DNA from: a virus
IMG/VR virus record: IMGVR_UViG_3300032893_000009
Coordinates: 54,882 to 118,881 of that record
DNA length: 64,000 nt
Strand: one strand, 5' to 3'
Below the pieces are notes generated by a model. That model was not told the DNA's origin. It searched no databases and was given only the letters and a program-made list of their open reading frames with translations. The translations under genes were made by a program, and so were the position numbers. Each line of letters begins with the position of its first letter. The stretch's first letter is position 1. Of the stretch, positions 10,375-19,398 are shown one piece after another.

Positions 10375-10467
10375 GATGGGAGCCGACTGAGCTTCGTTAT
10401 CTGGATAACGTGAGTTCGAGTCTCACCAGCCGCAAGGCTGTTCGGAGTTCAACAACTTGCCCCCATC
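10375..10467 (+). ncRNA. Y RNA-like unit 5 (T arm plus short stem, no D arm)
   Basis: GATGGG-AGCCGA...ACAACTTGCC-CCCATC enclosing GTGAG TTCGAGT CTCAC and CAGCC GCAA GGCTG. Confidence 0.8.
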
Positions 10468-10518
10468 CTAACCCGACGGAAAGCTGCAGGCCGGTTTGCT
10501 TGCAGCGTAGGAGAAACG

Positions 10519-12216
10519 GTGACACATAGCTATCTGAAGACCGCAACCAACCGCAAGGTTACCCCTCAGTCCCAGCCCATCCCCGGCAGCGTGCAGGTGG
10601 AGAACAACGCTGGCGGCTTCGTGTTTGAGATCGATGACTGGAAGCGCATGGAGCGCTTTCTGATCCTCGGTTCCGAGGGCAATACCTACTACTGCGACGA
10701 GCGCAAGATGACCGCGGATAACGTGACCTGCCTTGGCCGGTGCCTGAAGGCCGACGGCCATCGTTATCTGAAGCTGGTCGAGGACATCAGCGTTGCGGGC
10801 CGCGCCCCCAAGAACGATCCGGCGCTGCTGGCGCTGGCCTATGCCTTTGCTCAGGGCGATGTGGAGACGCGGCGTGAGGCCGCGCTGGTGCTGCCCAAGG
10901 TGGCGCGCATCGGCACCCATCTGTTCCACTTTGCCGACTTCGTGGACGGCATGCGTGGCTGGGGTCCGGTTCTGTGCCGCGCCGTGGCCGACTGGTATCT
11001 GGGCAAGAAGGCCGGTGATCTGGCCAGCCAGCTGCTCAAGTATCAGGCGCGCGACGGCTGGAGCCATCGTGACCTGCTGCGCCTGTCTCATCCCAAGAGC
11101 GATGAGCCGGTGATCAACGCCCTGTTTGGCTATGCGGTCAAGGGCGCTGAGGCGTTGTCCTATGGTGAGGACGAGCCCTTGCGCTTCGTCGGCGCGGTGG
11201 AAGAGCTGAAGCGGCTTCCCAAGCCTCCCGAGGCATCGAAGTCGGACGAGCACCGGGTGGTGCAGCTGATCACCGACTATCGCCTGCCCCGGGAGTGCGT
11301 GCCCACCGAGTGGCTGAATTCCAAGGCGGTGTGGGAGGCTCTGCTGCGTGGCATGCCCATGACGGCCATGATCCGCAACTTGGGCAAGATGTCGAGCATT
11401 GGATTGCTGGCTCCGTTGAGCAGCACTGCCCGCGACGTGGCGGCCCGTCTTTGCGATGAGGCAGAGCTGCGCAAGGCCCGGGTGCATCCGATTCAGGTGC
11501 TCATGGCGCTGGCTACCTACAAGCAGGGCCACGGCATGAAGGGCAGCCTGAACTGGACTCCAGTGCAGGCAGTGGTGGCTTCATTGGATGCCGCCTTCTA
11601 CAAGGCCTTCCTCAATGTCGAGCCGACCGGCAAGCGTTTCTATATCGCGCTGGACGTGTCCGGTTCAATGGGCGACGGCAACGTGGCAGGGACTCCGCTG
11701 ACTCCGCGCGAGGCCTCGGCGGCGCTGGTCATGGTGACCATGCGCACCGAGGAGCAGTATCACATCGTCGGGTTCACTAACGGTCAGTACCGCTCGATGT
11801 GGTCCAATGTCACCGGCCACGGTTCCGGCGTGACCGACCTGCCGCTGAATCCGAGCATGGACCTCACCACGGCAGTGCAGACGGTGAGCGGTCTGAACTT
11901 CGGCGGCACCGACTGCGCATTGCCCATGATCGATGCCAAGGCGCGGAAGATCGAGGCGGACGTGTTCTACGTGCTGACCGACAACGAGACGTGGGCCGGT
12001 CGCATCCATCCCTGTCAGGCGCTGCGCGATTACCGGCAGAGCACGGGCATCCCGGCCAAACTGATTGTGGCCGGGCTGACAGCCACTCAGTTCAGCATCG
12101 CTGACCCCAGCGATCCGGGCTCTCTGAATGTGGTGGGCTTCGATGCCAGCGTACCGGCGCTGATCGCCGACTTCGTGACAGACGGCAAGCAGGCCGTTCA
12201 GAACATCGAGGCCTGA
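10519..12216 (+). CDS. rsr: Ro60/Rsr RNA-binding protein (TROVE plus vWA domains)
   Basis: NNAGGFVF, RFLILGSEG, KYQARDGWSHRDLLRLSHP, MTAMIRNLGKM, DVSGSM (MIDAS), GGTDCALPM, TDNETW and GFD. Confidence 0.96.
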   Translation: MTHSYLKTATNRKVTPQSQPIPGSVQVENNAGGFVFEIDDWKRMERFLILGSEGNTYYCDERKMTADNVTCLGRCLKADGHRYLKLVEDISVAGRAPKNDPALLALAYAFAQGDVETRREAALVLPKVARIGTHLFHFADFVDGMRGWGPVLCRAVADWYLGKKAGDLASQLLKYQARDGWSHRDLLRLSHPKSDEPVINALFGYAVKGAEALSYGEDEPLRFVGAVEELKRLPKPPEASKSDEHRVVQLITDYRLPRECVPTEWLNSKAVWEALLRGMPMTAMIRNLGKMSSIGLLAPLSSTARDVAARLCDEAELRKARVHPIQVLMALATYKQGHGMKGSLNWTPVQAVVASLDAAFYKAFLNVEPTGKRFYIALDVSGSMGDGNVAGTPLTPREASAALVMVTMRTEEQYHIVGFTNGQYRSMWSNVTGHGSGVTDLPLNPSMDLTTAVQTVSGLNFGGTDCALPMIDAKARKIEADVFYVLTDNETWAGRIHPCQALRDYRQSTGIPAKLIVAGLTATQFSIADPSDPGSLNVVGFDASVPALIADFVTDGKQAVQNIEA

Positions 12217-12234
12217 AACCCTCTTGCACTTCTC

Positions 12235-12272
12235 TGCCGACACTCTATCATTGGGGTGTCGGCATCTTTTTG
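12235..12272 (+). terminator. intrinsic terminator after Ro60
   Basis: TGCCGACACTC...GGGTGTCGGCA followed by TCTTTTT. Confidence 0.7.
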
Positions 12273-12284
12273 TTCGGAGTCTTT

Positions 12285-12503
12285 ATGGCCAAGGCTCATG
12301 TCGTTGCTAAATACCTGCTGATGGGCGACACGGTGCCCCCTGCTGGCCCCACGGCCTTCGAGATGGAGGTGCGCAGGCTCAATCTGCAGCCGGATGAGTA
12401 CAAGGCCTCGCTGGCCCTGAAGAAGTGGGTCAGCATCAACAGGCACCGGGTGTACGTGCCGGAAAAGCTGCTGGGCGAGTGGGGCTTCTTCGTAGACGCA
12501 TAA
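12285..12503 (+). CDS. hypothetical protein
   Basis: ATG after GGAG; phage-like codon usage. Confidence 0.6.
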   Translation: MAKAHVVAKYLLMGDTVPPAGPTAFEMEVRRLNLQPDEYKASLALKKWVSINRHRVYVPEKLLGEWGFFVDA

Positions 12504-12533
12504 GCGATTCTCTACCATGAAAGCGGAGGGAGT

Positions 12534-12971
12534 ATGCACGCGGATTGGAAAGTGTGGGTGTTGCGTGGGGCTCTGCTAGCGGCGCTGGTGGTGTCTGCTT
12601 TCAGTCAGGACCGCCCCGGGTCTGTAATCCTGTCCAAGCCGGGCGAAGATGTGAAGCTGGAGCACGCGGTGGACTCAACCAAGGTGCAGGTAGCCTATGA
12701 GAAGGAAAAGAGTCTGCAGCTTCAGTTCCAGCTGGCTCAGCTGCAGCTTCAGTTAGACCTTAGCCAGCTGCAGTTGCAACATCTCCAACAGCAGCGTCTG
12801 CAACAGCAGCAGGGGGCCTTACAGGACCAGTATCAGGTGCTGGAGAAGGGGATCGCCGACTGGATCGAGAAGGTGAAGAAGGAAAATCATCTGGGCGACG
12901 ACGTGAGCTACGACCGGGAGCACGACAAATGGGTGCGGATTCCCAAGCCAGCACCTGCGGCTAAGAAGTAA
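12534..12971 (+). CDS. exported Gln-rich coiled-coil protein
   Basis: Signal-peptide-like N-terminus (LRGALLAALVVSAFSQ) and Q/L heptad stretch; GGAGG RBS. Confidence 0.65.
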   Translation: MHADWKVWVLRGALLAALVVSAFSQDRPGSVILSKPGEDVKLEHAVDSTKVQVAYEKEKSLQLQFQLAQLQLQLDLSQLQLQHLQQQRLQQQQGALQDQYQVLEKGIADWIEKVKKENHLGDDVSYDREHDKWVRIPKPAPAAKK

Positions 12972-13045
12972 CCGGCACCGCGACTTTGGAGGAACGATGG
13001 ATAAAAGAGAGGTGACCCATGCCGACTAACTAGAAAGGAGTCGTC

Positions 13046-13288
13046 ATGGGCAATGCACATGCGTGGAGGCACCGCCATGGACGGGGCAAACCCTGTCCCA
13101 GCGGTTGCAAATTCTGCGCGGCGCGTCCCTCGGTTGGAGACTATGCCAATTCGACGGGACACCGGCACAACCTCGCAGCCAAGAAGGGCGGGAAACGCAA
13201 CCAGACCGTGATCGTGGCGGGCGGCGCAGGCCGCAGCAAAACGATGTGGGTCAAGAGACCGAAGCCGCAGCGCGGACTCGGCTCTTAA
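13046..13288 (+). CDS. small basic hypothetical protein
   Basis: AAGGAG RBS; CxxxCxxC motif. Confidence 0.45.
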   Translation: MGNAHAWRHRHGRGKPCPSGCKFCAARPSVGDYANSTGHRHNLAAKKGGKRNQTVIVAGGAGRSKTMWVKRPKPQRGLGS

Positions 13289-13391
13289 CAATCTGGGCGC
13301 TGTACAAAACTGGACGAGGGTGAGAAGGGGTATCACACCCGCGTTCAGGCCTGCGAGACCAGCGCCCAGAACTTCCGAAAAGGAGAAGCGT

Positions 13392-13613
13392 ATGGCAAAA
13401 GGGAATCTGTATGAGTATGTGGTCCTTCATCATCCCAAGGCGAAGAAGGACCTAGCGGGCAACGAGGAGCAGGTGAAATCCTCCATCATCACCGACGTAA
13501 CGCATGTTCTGGCAGCCTCCCCGGAGGAGGTTTCCATTCTCGCCGCGCGGTCCATTCCGACGGAATATCTGGACAAGCTGGAGCAGATCGAGATCAAGGT
13601 CCGCCCTTTCTAG
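13392..13613 (+). CDS. hypothetical protein
   Basis: AGGAG RBS and strong codon bias. Confidence 0.7.
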   Translation: MAKGNLYEYVVLHHPKAKKDLAGNEEQVKSSIITDVTHVLAASPEEVSILAARSIPTEYLDKLEQIEIKVRPF

Positions 13614-13922
13614 CCCAGCTGGATCGTAAGCGTGCAGCTGGGCAGTTAGCGGACGAGCGCAACCGGGAGTTCGTCAGGCAAAGGAAGGGCATCAGAAGCG
13701 AGGCGATGCCGGTGACGTTCGAGCAGCCAGAATTCCTCGGTGGTCAGCAGATGTTCAATGTGAGCGATGCGGTTGCCGGTGCGTGCCTCACGGCTTGCAC
13801 ATTTACTACCACCTGCGCCTCTCCTTCGCGCAGCTATTCGGCGAACCTCGTTGTGGATCGGTAGGCTTGCGGGCATCCGGCTCAACTGGGTGCCCCAACC
13901 CTCTCAAAACACTACAAATAAA

Positions 13923-13964
13923 GACGCAAAATAAATGCTCACGTTTCTGTAATTGTGCTATATT
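13923..13964 (+). promoter_or_regulatory. putative promoter with degenerate CACGTTT-N4-AAACGTG operator
   Basis: GACGCAAAA-N8-CACGTTT-CTGT-AATTGTG-C-TATATT, same layout as 50683-50724. Confidence 0.55.
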
Positions 13965-14015
13965 GGTGATGGCACAGTAGGGAGCTGGACTCCCACGGTT
14001 GCCGGAGGAAAGTAT

Positions 14016-15110
14016 ATGGAGTTGTTCAAGGCACACAACCAGTGGGCGATTCGTCCTGCTGATGAAACCTTCTCAAATGTGAAAACCGCTTTTGAGGCTG
14101 CCCGGGAATATGCCCGTACCGCCGCCGAGAAGCCTGACGTGCCTCTCACCTCGATTCGTGCAGAGGCCGACGGAGGCGAGGTATGCCTGACCGGCAAGGG
14201 CGGAGTCCCTGCCCGGGTAGGCAACTGGGCCTTTGGCCAGCTGGCCCGCATTGCCGAGGCCCCGGCTGGTTACCTGCGCACCCTGCCTGCAACGCTTGCA
14301 GTTCAGAACCTCAACTATGGTTTGAAGACCGCCAGCGAGTTGCACGCCGATGCCAAGGTCAACATCTTCGCCCACAAGAACGGCGATCTGCTGGTCCGGG
14401 CACTGACGTCCGACAAGTACCGCCGCATCTGGAACTATGAAGTGCTGGGCCGGATGCTGCCGCTGGAGGCCGAGGGCTGGAGCTGCCCGACGCCGTTCCG
14501 GGTGAGGGCCGAGCAGGTTGCTAAGCCTGATCCCACGGTCTATGTCTCCGACCACGATATGTTCGCCTTTCTGGTTTCCGAGAACCATAGGATTATGGAA
14601 CCCGGCAACCCGGACGGTTTGGCTCGTGGATTCTTTGTGGAGAACTCCGAAGTGGGCGCGAGCGCGCTGCGTGTCACCACGTTCCTCTACCGCTATATGT
14701 GCTCGAACCACATTGTGTGGGGCGCTAAGGACGTGAGCGAGATCGCAGTCCGGCACGTGGGAGGCGCACGGGGCAAGCTGCAGACCATGTTCATCGGCCT
14801 GACTGAGTACCTGAACGAGTCCGCTTCTGAAGTGGAAGGCAAGATCAAGCTGGCCAAGAACCGCCTGATCGATGCCGACCCGGACAAGGTGCTGGATGCG
14901 ATCTTTGCCAAGCTGCGCGGACAGATTTCCCGCGACGCCTTGCAGAAGTCCTTCCTGCTGGCCTCCGAGAACGCTGCAACGGACGGCGATCCGCGCAGCT
15001 TCTGGGGTCTTGCACAGGGCGTGACCCGCTACAGTCAGACCCTCGCCTTCGCCGACCAGCGCGTGCAGGTGGACGCGGCTGCGGCCAAGGTGATCGATCT
15101 GGCCTTCTAA
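14016..15110 (+). CDS. DUF932-like phage/plasmid protein
   Basis: QWAIRPADETF, RALTSDKYRRIWN, YVSDHDMFAFLV, RGFFVENSEVG and RYMCSNHIVWG. Confidence 0.7.
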   Translation: MELFKAHNQWAIRPADETFSNVKTAFEAAREYARTAAEKPDVPLTSIRAEADGGEVCLTGKGGVPARVGNWAFGQLARIAEAPAGYLRTLPATLAVQNLNYGLKTASELHADAKVNIFAHKNGDLLVRALTSDKYRRIWNYEVLGRMLPLEAEGWSCPTPFRVRAEQVAKPDPTVYVSDHDMFAFLVSENHRIMEPGNPDGLARGFFVENSEVGASALRVTTFLYRYMCSNHIVWGAKDVSEIAVRHVGGARGKLQTMFIGLTEYLNESASEVEGKIKLAKNRLIDADPDKVLDAIFAKLRGQISRDALQKSFLLASENAATDGDPRSFWGLAQGVTRYSQTLAFADQRVQVDAAAAKVIDLAF

Positions 15111-15112
15111 GG

Positions 15113-15224
15113 TGTTGTTAGAGAAAGCGGACAAAGCGAACAAAACCGCCGCTTTCGCTACTTGCGGGTAGTGAGGGGCATCGGGACCTGCTCACCATGG
15201 TCGGCAGCAATCTCGACTACAACA
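15113..15224 (+). ncRNA. candidate multi-stem structured RNA
   Basis: TGTTGT(T)AG/CTACAACA outer pairing encloses GAAAGCGG/CCGCTTTC, CTACTT/GGGTAG and GTGAG/CTCAC hairpins. Confidence 0.35.
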
Positions 15225-15256
15225 AAAGCCCGGGGAGCAATCTCCGGGCTTTCTTG
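15225..15256 (+). terminator. intrinsic terminator
   Basis: AAAGCCCGGGGA-GCAA-TCTCCGGGCTTT followed by CTT. Confidence 0.75.
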
Positions 15257-15316
15257 TATCTGCTAGAATTTGCGGTGTGCTATGCTGATTCTCGGAACAG
15301 TGCAGCAGGAGGAACC

Positions 15317-15472
15317 ATGCCGACGAAAAACATGAGCGGGAAATTGGGCACGTCGCCCAGTCCCGTGGCCAACCGCGTGATTTCTAACAACAAGAACGTG
15401 CAGCAACCCTGTGGCAGCGTGCAGTCGGCGCTGGCCGGTAAGTTCACCCGCAAGCCGGTGAAAGTGGGATGA
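15317..15472 (+). CDS. small hypothetical protein
   Basis: AGGAGG RBS. Confidence 0.5.
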   Translation: MPTKNMSGKLGTSPSPVANRVISNNKNVQQPCGSVQSALAGKFTRKPVKVG

Positions 15473-15687
15473 CACCCACCTTTCTAAATCGGGAGATTGC
15501 GTCCCGGGCCGGACGCACCAAGATAGAGAACATGACGGCTGGTGAGCTGGCGGCCTTTGCAACTGCTGGCGGTAATGCTCTGCTACGCATGTACGGCGTG
15601 CAGTATTACTCAGCATTGGGAAGGAAGTCAGCGGAGAAGCGCAGCAAGAGGCCGACGGTATGCGAAGAGCCAAGCGCGGGCCGGTAG
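15469..15687 (+). CDS. hypothetical protein
   Basis: ATGA overlap; AGG/GRKS motifs reminiscent of KGG-type stress proteins. Confidence 0.45.
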   Translation: MTPTFLNREIASRAGRTKIENMTAGELAAFATAGGNALLRMYGVQYYSALGRKSAEKRSKRPTVCEEPSAGR

Positions 15688-16478
15688 CGAAGCAGCAACC
15701 CAAGAACCGCACGCTTGACGATATGCAGCGCTTCTATCGAACGCTGGACCTCGCCGGTTTGTGGGAGGAATTCTACGCCTCCATAGGTTCATCTGGACGT
15801 CCCCTGTACAACACCGTCAGGCAGTTCGCCAAAGCCAAGGCGGTCAATGAAAAACAACTGGAGTTTCTGCTTTGGCTGTTTGGCCCGGAGGGGGCCGATC
15901 CGCAGGCTGACCTGTTGTACCCCTTTGCCAAGCCTCTGGACTTCGAGAAGAAGCGCGCGAGCGGCGGCTGGTTCACGGACGAGGCGCTGAAGGCCCACAG
16001 CCGGGAGATCGCCCGGGAGATCAGTGCTCTGGATGCGCTGCGCATGGCGGGCAACGGCATCACCATCAACTCACTGGTCCGCATGGAGAATCTGGCCCGG
16101 CGGCTGGATGAGGATTTTGGGGGCCGCTTCTTCGTAGAGGGCCTGAGCATGAAGCAGAATCTGGAACGGGCTTCGGAGTATGTCAGTCTGCATGCCCGGC
16201 TGCTGAACATGATCGCGCAGGCGCAGGACATCTACGCCAAGAGCCACGGCATCAACTTCGCCGACATGAGCGGCTTCGAGCGGTTGCTGGCGGCGCAGGC
16301 CATGACACTGGCGGCCAGCAGCAATGCCCGCGAGTCGAGGGCTTTTCAGGCTATTCACGATATCACAGAGATGACTCTGGAGAAGGCTGCCAAGCACGGC
16401 TTTGAATTGCCTTCTGAGATTACCAACAAGATTGTTACGATAGAGGGTAAGAAACCGCCCAAGTCCAATGTGATGTAA
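15660..16478 (+). CDS. hypothetical helical protein (terminase small subunit is possible but unsupported)
   Basis: Long ORF with phage-like codon usage; no diagnostic motif. Confidence 0.6.
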   Translation: MRRAKRGPVAKQQPKNRTLDDMQRFYRTLDLAGLWEEFYASIGSSGRPLYNTVRQFAKAKAVNEKQLEFLLWLFGPEGADPQADLLYPFAKPLDFEKKRASGGWFTDEALKAHSREIAREISALDALRMAGNGITINSLVRMENLARRLDEDFGGRFFVEGLSMKQNLERASEYVSLHARLLNMIAQAQDIYAKSHGINFADMSGFERLLAAQAMTLAASSNARESRAFQAIHDITEMTLEKAAKHGFELPSEITNKIVTIEGKKPPKSNVM

Positions 16479-16538
16479 GTCTATTCCGGTTGTCAGTCGT
16501 TCTCGTGCGACGTATGGCTTTGCGAAGGAGAGGCTGAC

Positions 16539-17315
16539 ATGAGGAAATGGCTGCTGTGGATCGGCCTGATTGTGCTGGCCCGTGTGCTGTCTGCGCAGAC
16601 AGTGACGGTATCCGGCAGCGTGGTGAATCCCGACGGCTCACCTTTCAAAGGAACCTTCATCATCACGCTGGCCAAGAGCACCGTGGTGAACATCTGCACC
16701 ACTCCGAATCTTGTGGTGCCCTCCTACATGAGCATCCCCGTGAACGGGACTTTTCCCTCCACGGCGATTTATGCCACGCCCTGCCTGTCTCCGAGGCTGC
16801 CCTACTTCGTCCGCGTGGTGGATCAGTTCAACCAGTCCGTCTACAGCGACAACTGGTACATCCCGCTGACCCTAAGCGGCACCGTGAATGTCGGGTCACT
16901 GGGCGACGTAAAACTGGCTTCAGGCATCACAGTGGCCGTGCCGCTGGCCATCATCTCCAACCCCAGCGGGAACCAAGTGATTACGCAGCCCCCGGGCACG
17001 TCGCTTACCATTAACAATCTGATTGTGGGCGGAACGTCACCCATTGTGCAGAGCGTGATCGCCTGCGGCACGACGACGACCTGTGCGAATACCGGTCAGA
17101 CCCTCCCACGTATTGTGTGGGGCACGGTTACGCTTTCCGGCGGCACTGCCTTGGTGGGAAGCATGCCAGCGTGGACCTCTACAGCATCTTTTGCCTGCAC
17201 TCCAAATGACCTGACCACGGCGGGCGCAGCAAAGATCACCAACACCTCCGCGACCAGCATAACGGTTACCGGTGGCACCTCTGACGTAGTGAACTACGTC
17301 TGCGTTGGAAACTGA
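16539..17315 (+). CDS. signal-peptide-bearing beta-rich structural/adhesin-like protein
   Basis: MRKWLLWIGLIVLARVLSAQ signal; Thr/Ser/Gly-rich; C-terminal VNYVCVG tail-fibre-like end. Confidence 0.7.
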   Translation: MRKWLLWIGLIVLARVLSAQTVTVSGSVVNPDGSPFKGTFIITLAKSTVVNICTTPNLVVPSYMSIPVNGTFPSTAIYATPCLSPRLPYFVRVVDQFNQSVYSDNWYIPLTLSGTVNVGSLGDVKLASGITVAVPLAIISNPSGNQVITQPPGTSLTINNLIVGGTSPIVQSVIACGTTTTCANTGQTLPRIVWGTVTLSGGTALVGSMPAWTSTASFACTPNDLTTAGAAKITNTSATSITVTGGTSDVVNYVCVGN

Positions 17316-17328
17316 ACGGAGAAGAGCC

Positions 17329-19398
17329 ATGTTCAAAAAGGCTTGCCAACTTCTGCTCGGGACGGCGATGCTGCTAGGTTGCATTACAGCGCGGGCGCAG
17401 ACCCAGCTGACCGGCACCGTCAATCTTCCCAATGGTCAGGGCTTCAGTGGGGTGCTGCGTTTTTCATTGGCTCAGGACGCTTCTGTGAGCAGTGCCAGTC
17501 CGTGTCCCGGGCCGGAGCTGGTGGTGCCAACTGAGGTGGTGAACGTCACCGTTACCAATGGGACGATGGTGAGCCCTCCCATACTGGTCAGCTCTTACTG
17601 TACGATTCCGCTGGGCGTCCCTTATTACGTGGTGGCCATCGATACCTATGGCACCGCGGTGTTCACTGATCAGTGGCTTATCAGCGGCTCAGTATTCGAC
17701 GTGGGTACTGCTGTGTCTTCTAACTCTTCCCCATCTGGTGGTGGTTCTGGTGGCACCGACGTTTGTACGTTTGGTCCCGGTGACACAAGCAGTGTGTATT
17801 GCGGCGCTGGTAACACGATACCGACGGCCAATCCTGCTAACACAAATGTTCTGGGGTATGACAGTCTGAACAACGGCAGCGCTATATCGGGGCAGGTGGT
17901 GGCGATAGGCTCCACGCCGATTTCCATGGCAACCGTCGGGATGATCACCACCGATGTGGTTGCTATAGGCAACAATCCTTTTAACAATATCAGCCCCGAA
18001 GAAGTTGGGTCTTCTGACTTGGTGGGGATTGGCGATAACGTCGGTGCCAATGCGACGACGTTGTATCATGCTGTGTTGGTAGGTGACGCAGAAGGAAGCA
18101 ACAGCGACTTGGACAATATAGTTGCCGTGGGTTTTGAAGATGCGGAAGGCATACAAGCTGATAGGGTAGTCGCCATTGGCTACAGCAACTTGAGTCCTGT
18201 AGGAAACTGCTCAGTGGAAACAACCTATGCCATAGGCACATTCAACGGTGTAGGTTGTGATACTGGAAGCATCTACGAGACTGTCATGCTGGGCGATTAT
18301 AATCTCAATGGTGAGGAGCACAACACCGTAGCAGTTTCTGAATCAGTTCACATCGGGGATAGCGCCTCTTTCATTGAATCCTATTCTTCAGGTACAATGC
18401 AGGAGATAGTTGTACTCGGCGACCATAGTAACTACAATTCAGCCTGCATCGCGTGCGAGGCAGTTAGCGAGGCTGATGTAATTGCTATCGGCGATCACAC
18501 AGCTACAGGCACTGCTATGCAGAGTGCTACTAATCTTGTTGCCATAGGCAATCATGCTGTCAATACAAGCTCCAGCAGCATAAGTAACATGATAGCTATA
18601 GGCAACAGTCCCGCAGACAGCTCCTCCGGGTCAAATCATGTTGCCTTGGGAAATAGCAGCGACACGGCAGTATCTGGTAACGACGTCATAGCGATAGGTG
18701 ACAGCGCGTTGCTAAGTGGTACGTCCTTAACGAATATCATTGCTATCGGTAACAGTCCAGCGACCACGGTGTCAAGCGATACAAACTTCGTAGCTATAGG
18801 CACTTCGACAGGATCGGGCAGTTCCGGCATTTCAAGCGCACTACTAGCAGGACAAGATGCTGGTGAGTCTTTGACCACCGTGACCGACATTGTGGCTATC
18901 GGTGACAACGCTGCGTCAGGCACCAACGCCACTAACGACGTGGTTGCTATCGGCGACAACCCGGCTCTGAGTTCCACAGTCAATGAGCTTGTTGCTATAG
19001 GTGATTCGGTAGACCAGAATTCGGCTGGCTCCGATCACGTTGTCATAGGTGACAATGCGGGGCCGTGTACAACCCCTTCTACCCTGACAGACATTATTGT
19101 GATTGGCGATCACGCCTGCGCGGACGGCTCTAACGAGGCAGTATTGGGGTCGGCCTCCCACACCACGCTGACCAAGCTGTATGGCGAAGTGGACATCGAG
19201 GGCACCGGCACCACCGTGACGACCTACACGCCGGGGCTCTTCTCCACACTGCCTACCTGCAACAGCGGCGAGGAGGGATCGGAAGCAGCGGTCACCGACT
19301 CAACCACCAATACTTGGGGCGCAACAATCACCGGCAGCGGTGGCGATCACGTCAAGGCCTACTGCGATGGAACTAACTGGACGGTGGAGGCGAAATGA
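17329..19398 (+). CDS. signal-peptide-bearing fibre/adhesin with YadA-head-like xxAIG repeats
   Basis: Signal peptide; N-terminal domain similar to 16539-17315; many VVAIG/IAIG repeats; C-terminal KAYCDGTNWTV. Confidence 0.75.
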   Translation: MFKKACQLLLGTAMLLGCITARAQTQLTGTVNLPNGQGFSGVLRFSLAQDASVSSASPCPGPELVVPTEVVNVTVTNGTMVSPPILVSSYCTIPLGVPYYVVAIDTYGTAVFTDQWLISGSVFDVGTAVSSNSSPSGGGSGGTDVCTFGPGDTSSVYCGAGNTIPTANPANTNVLGYDSLNNGSAISGQVVAIGSTPISMATVGMITTDVVAIGNNPFNNISPEEVGSSDLVGIGDNVGANATTLYHAVLVGDAEGSNSDLDNIVAVGFEDAEGIQADRVVAIGYSNLSPVGNCSVETTYAIGTFNGVGCDTGSIYETVMLGDYNLNGEEHNTVAVSESVHIGDSASFIESYSSGTMQEIVVLGDHSNYNSACIACEAVSEADVIAIGDHTATGTAMQSATNLVAIGNHAVNTSSSSISNMIAIGNSPADSSSGSNHVALGNSSDTAVSGNDVIAIGDSALLSGTSLTNIIAIGNSPATTVSSDTNFVAIGTSTGSGSSGISSALLAGQDAGESLTTVTDIVAIGDNAASGTNATNDVVAIGDNPALSSTVNELVAIGDSVDQNSAGSDHVVIGDNAGPCTTPSTLTDIIVIGDHACADGSNEAVLGSASHTTLTKLYGEVDIEGTGTTVTTYTPGLFSTLPTCNSGEEGSEAAVTDSTTNTWGATITGSGGDHVKAYCDGTNWTVEAK

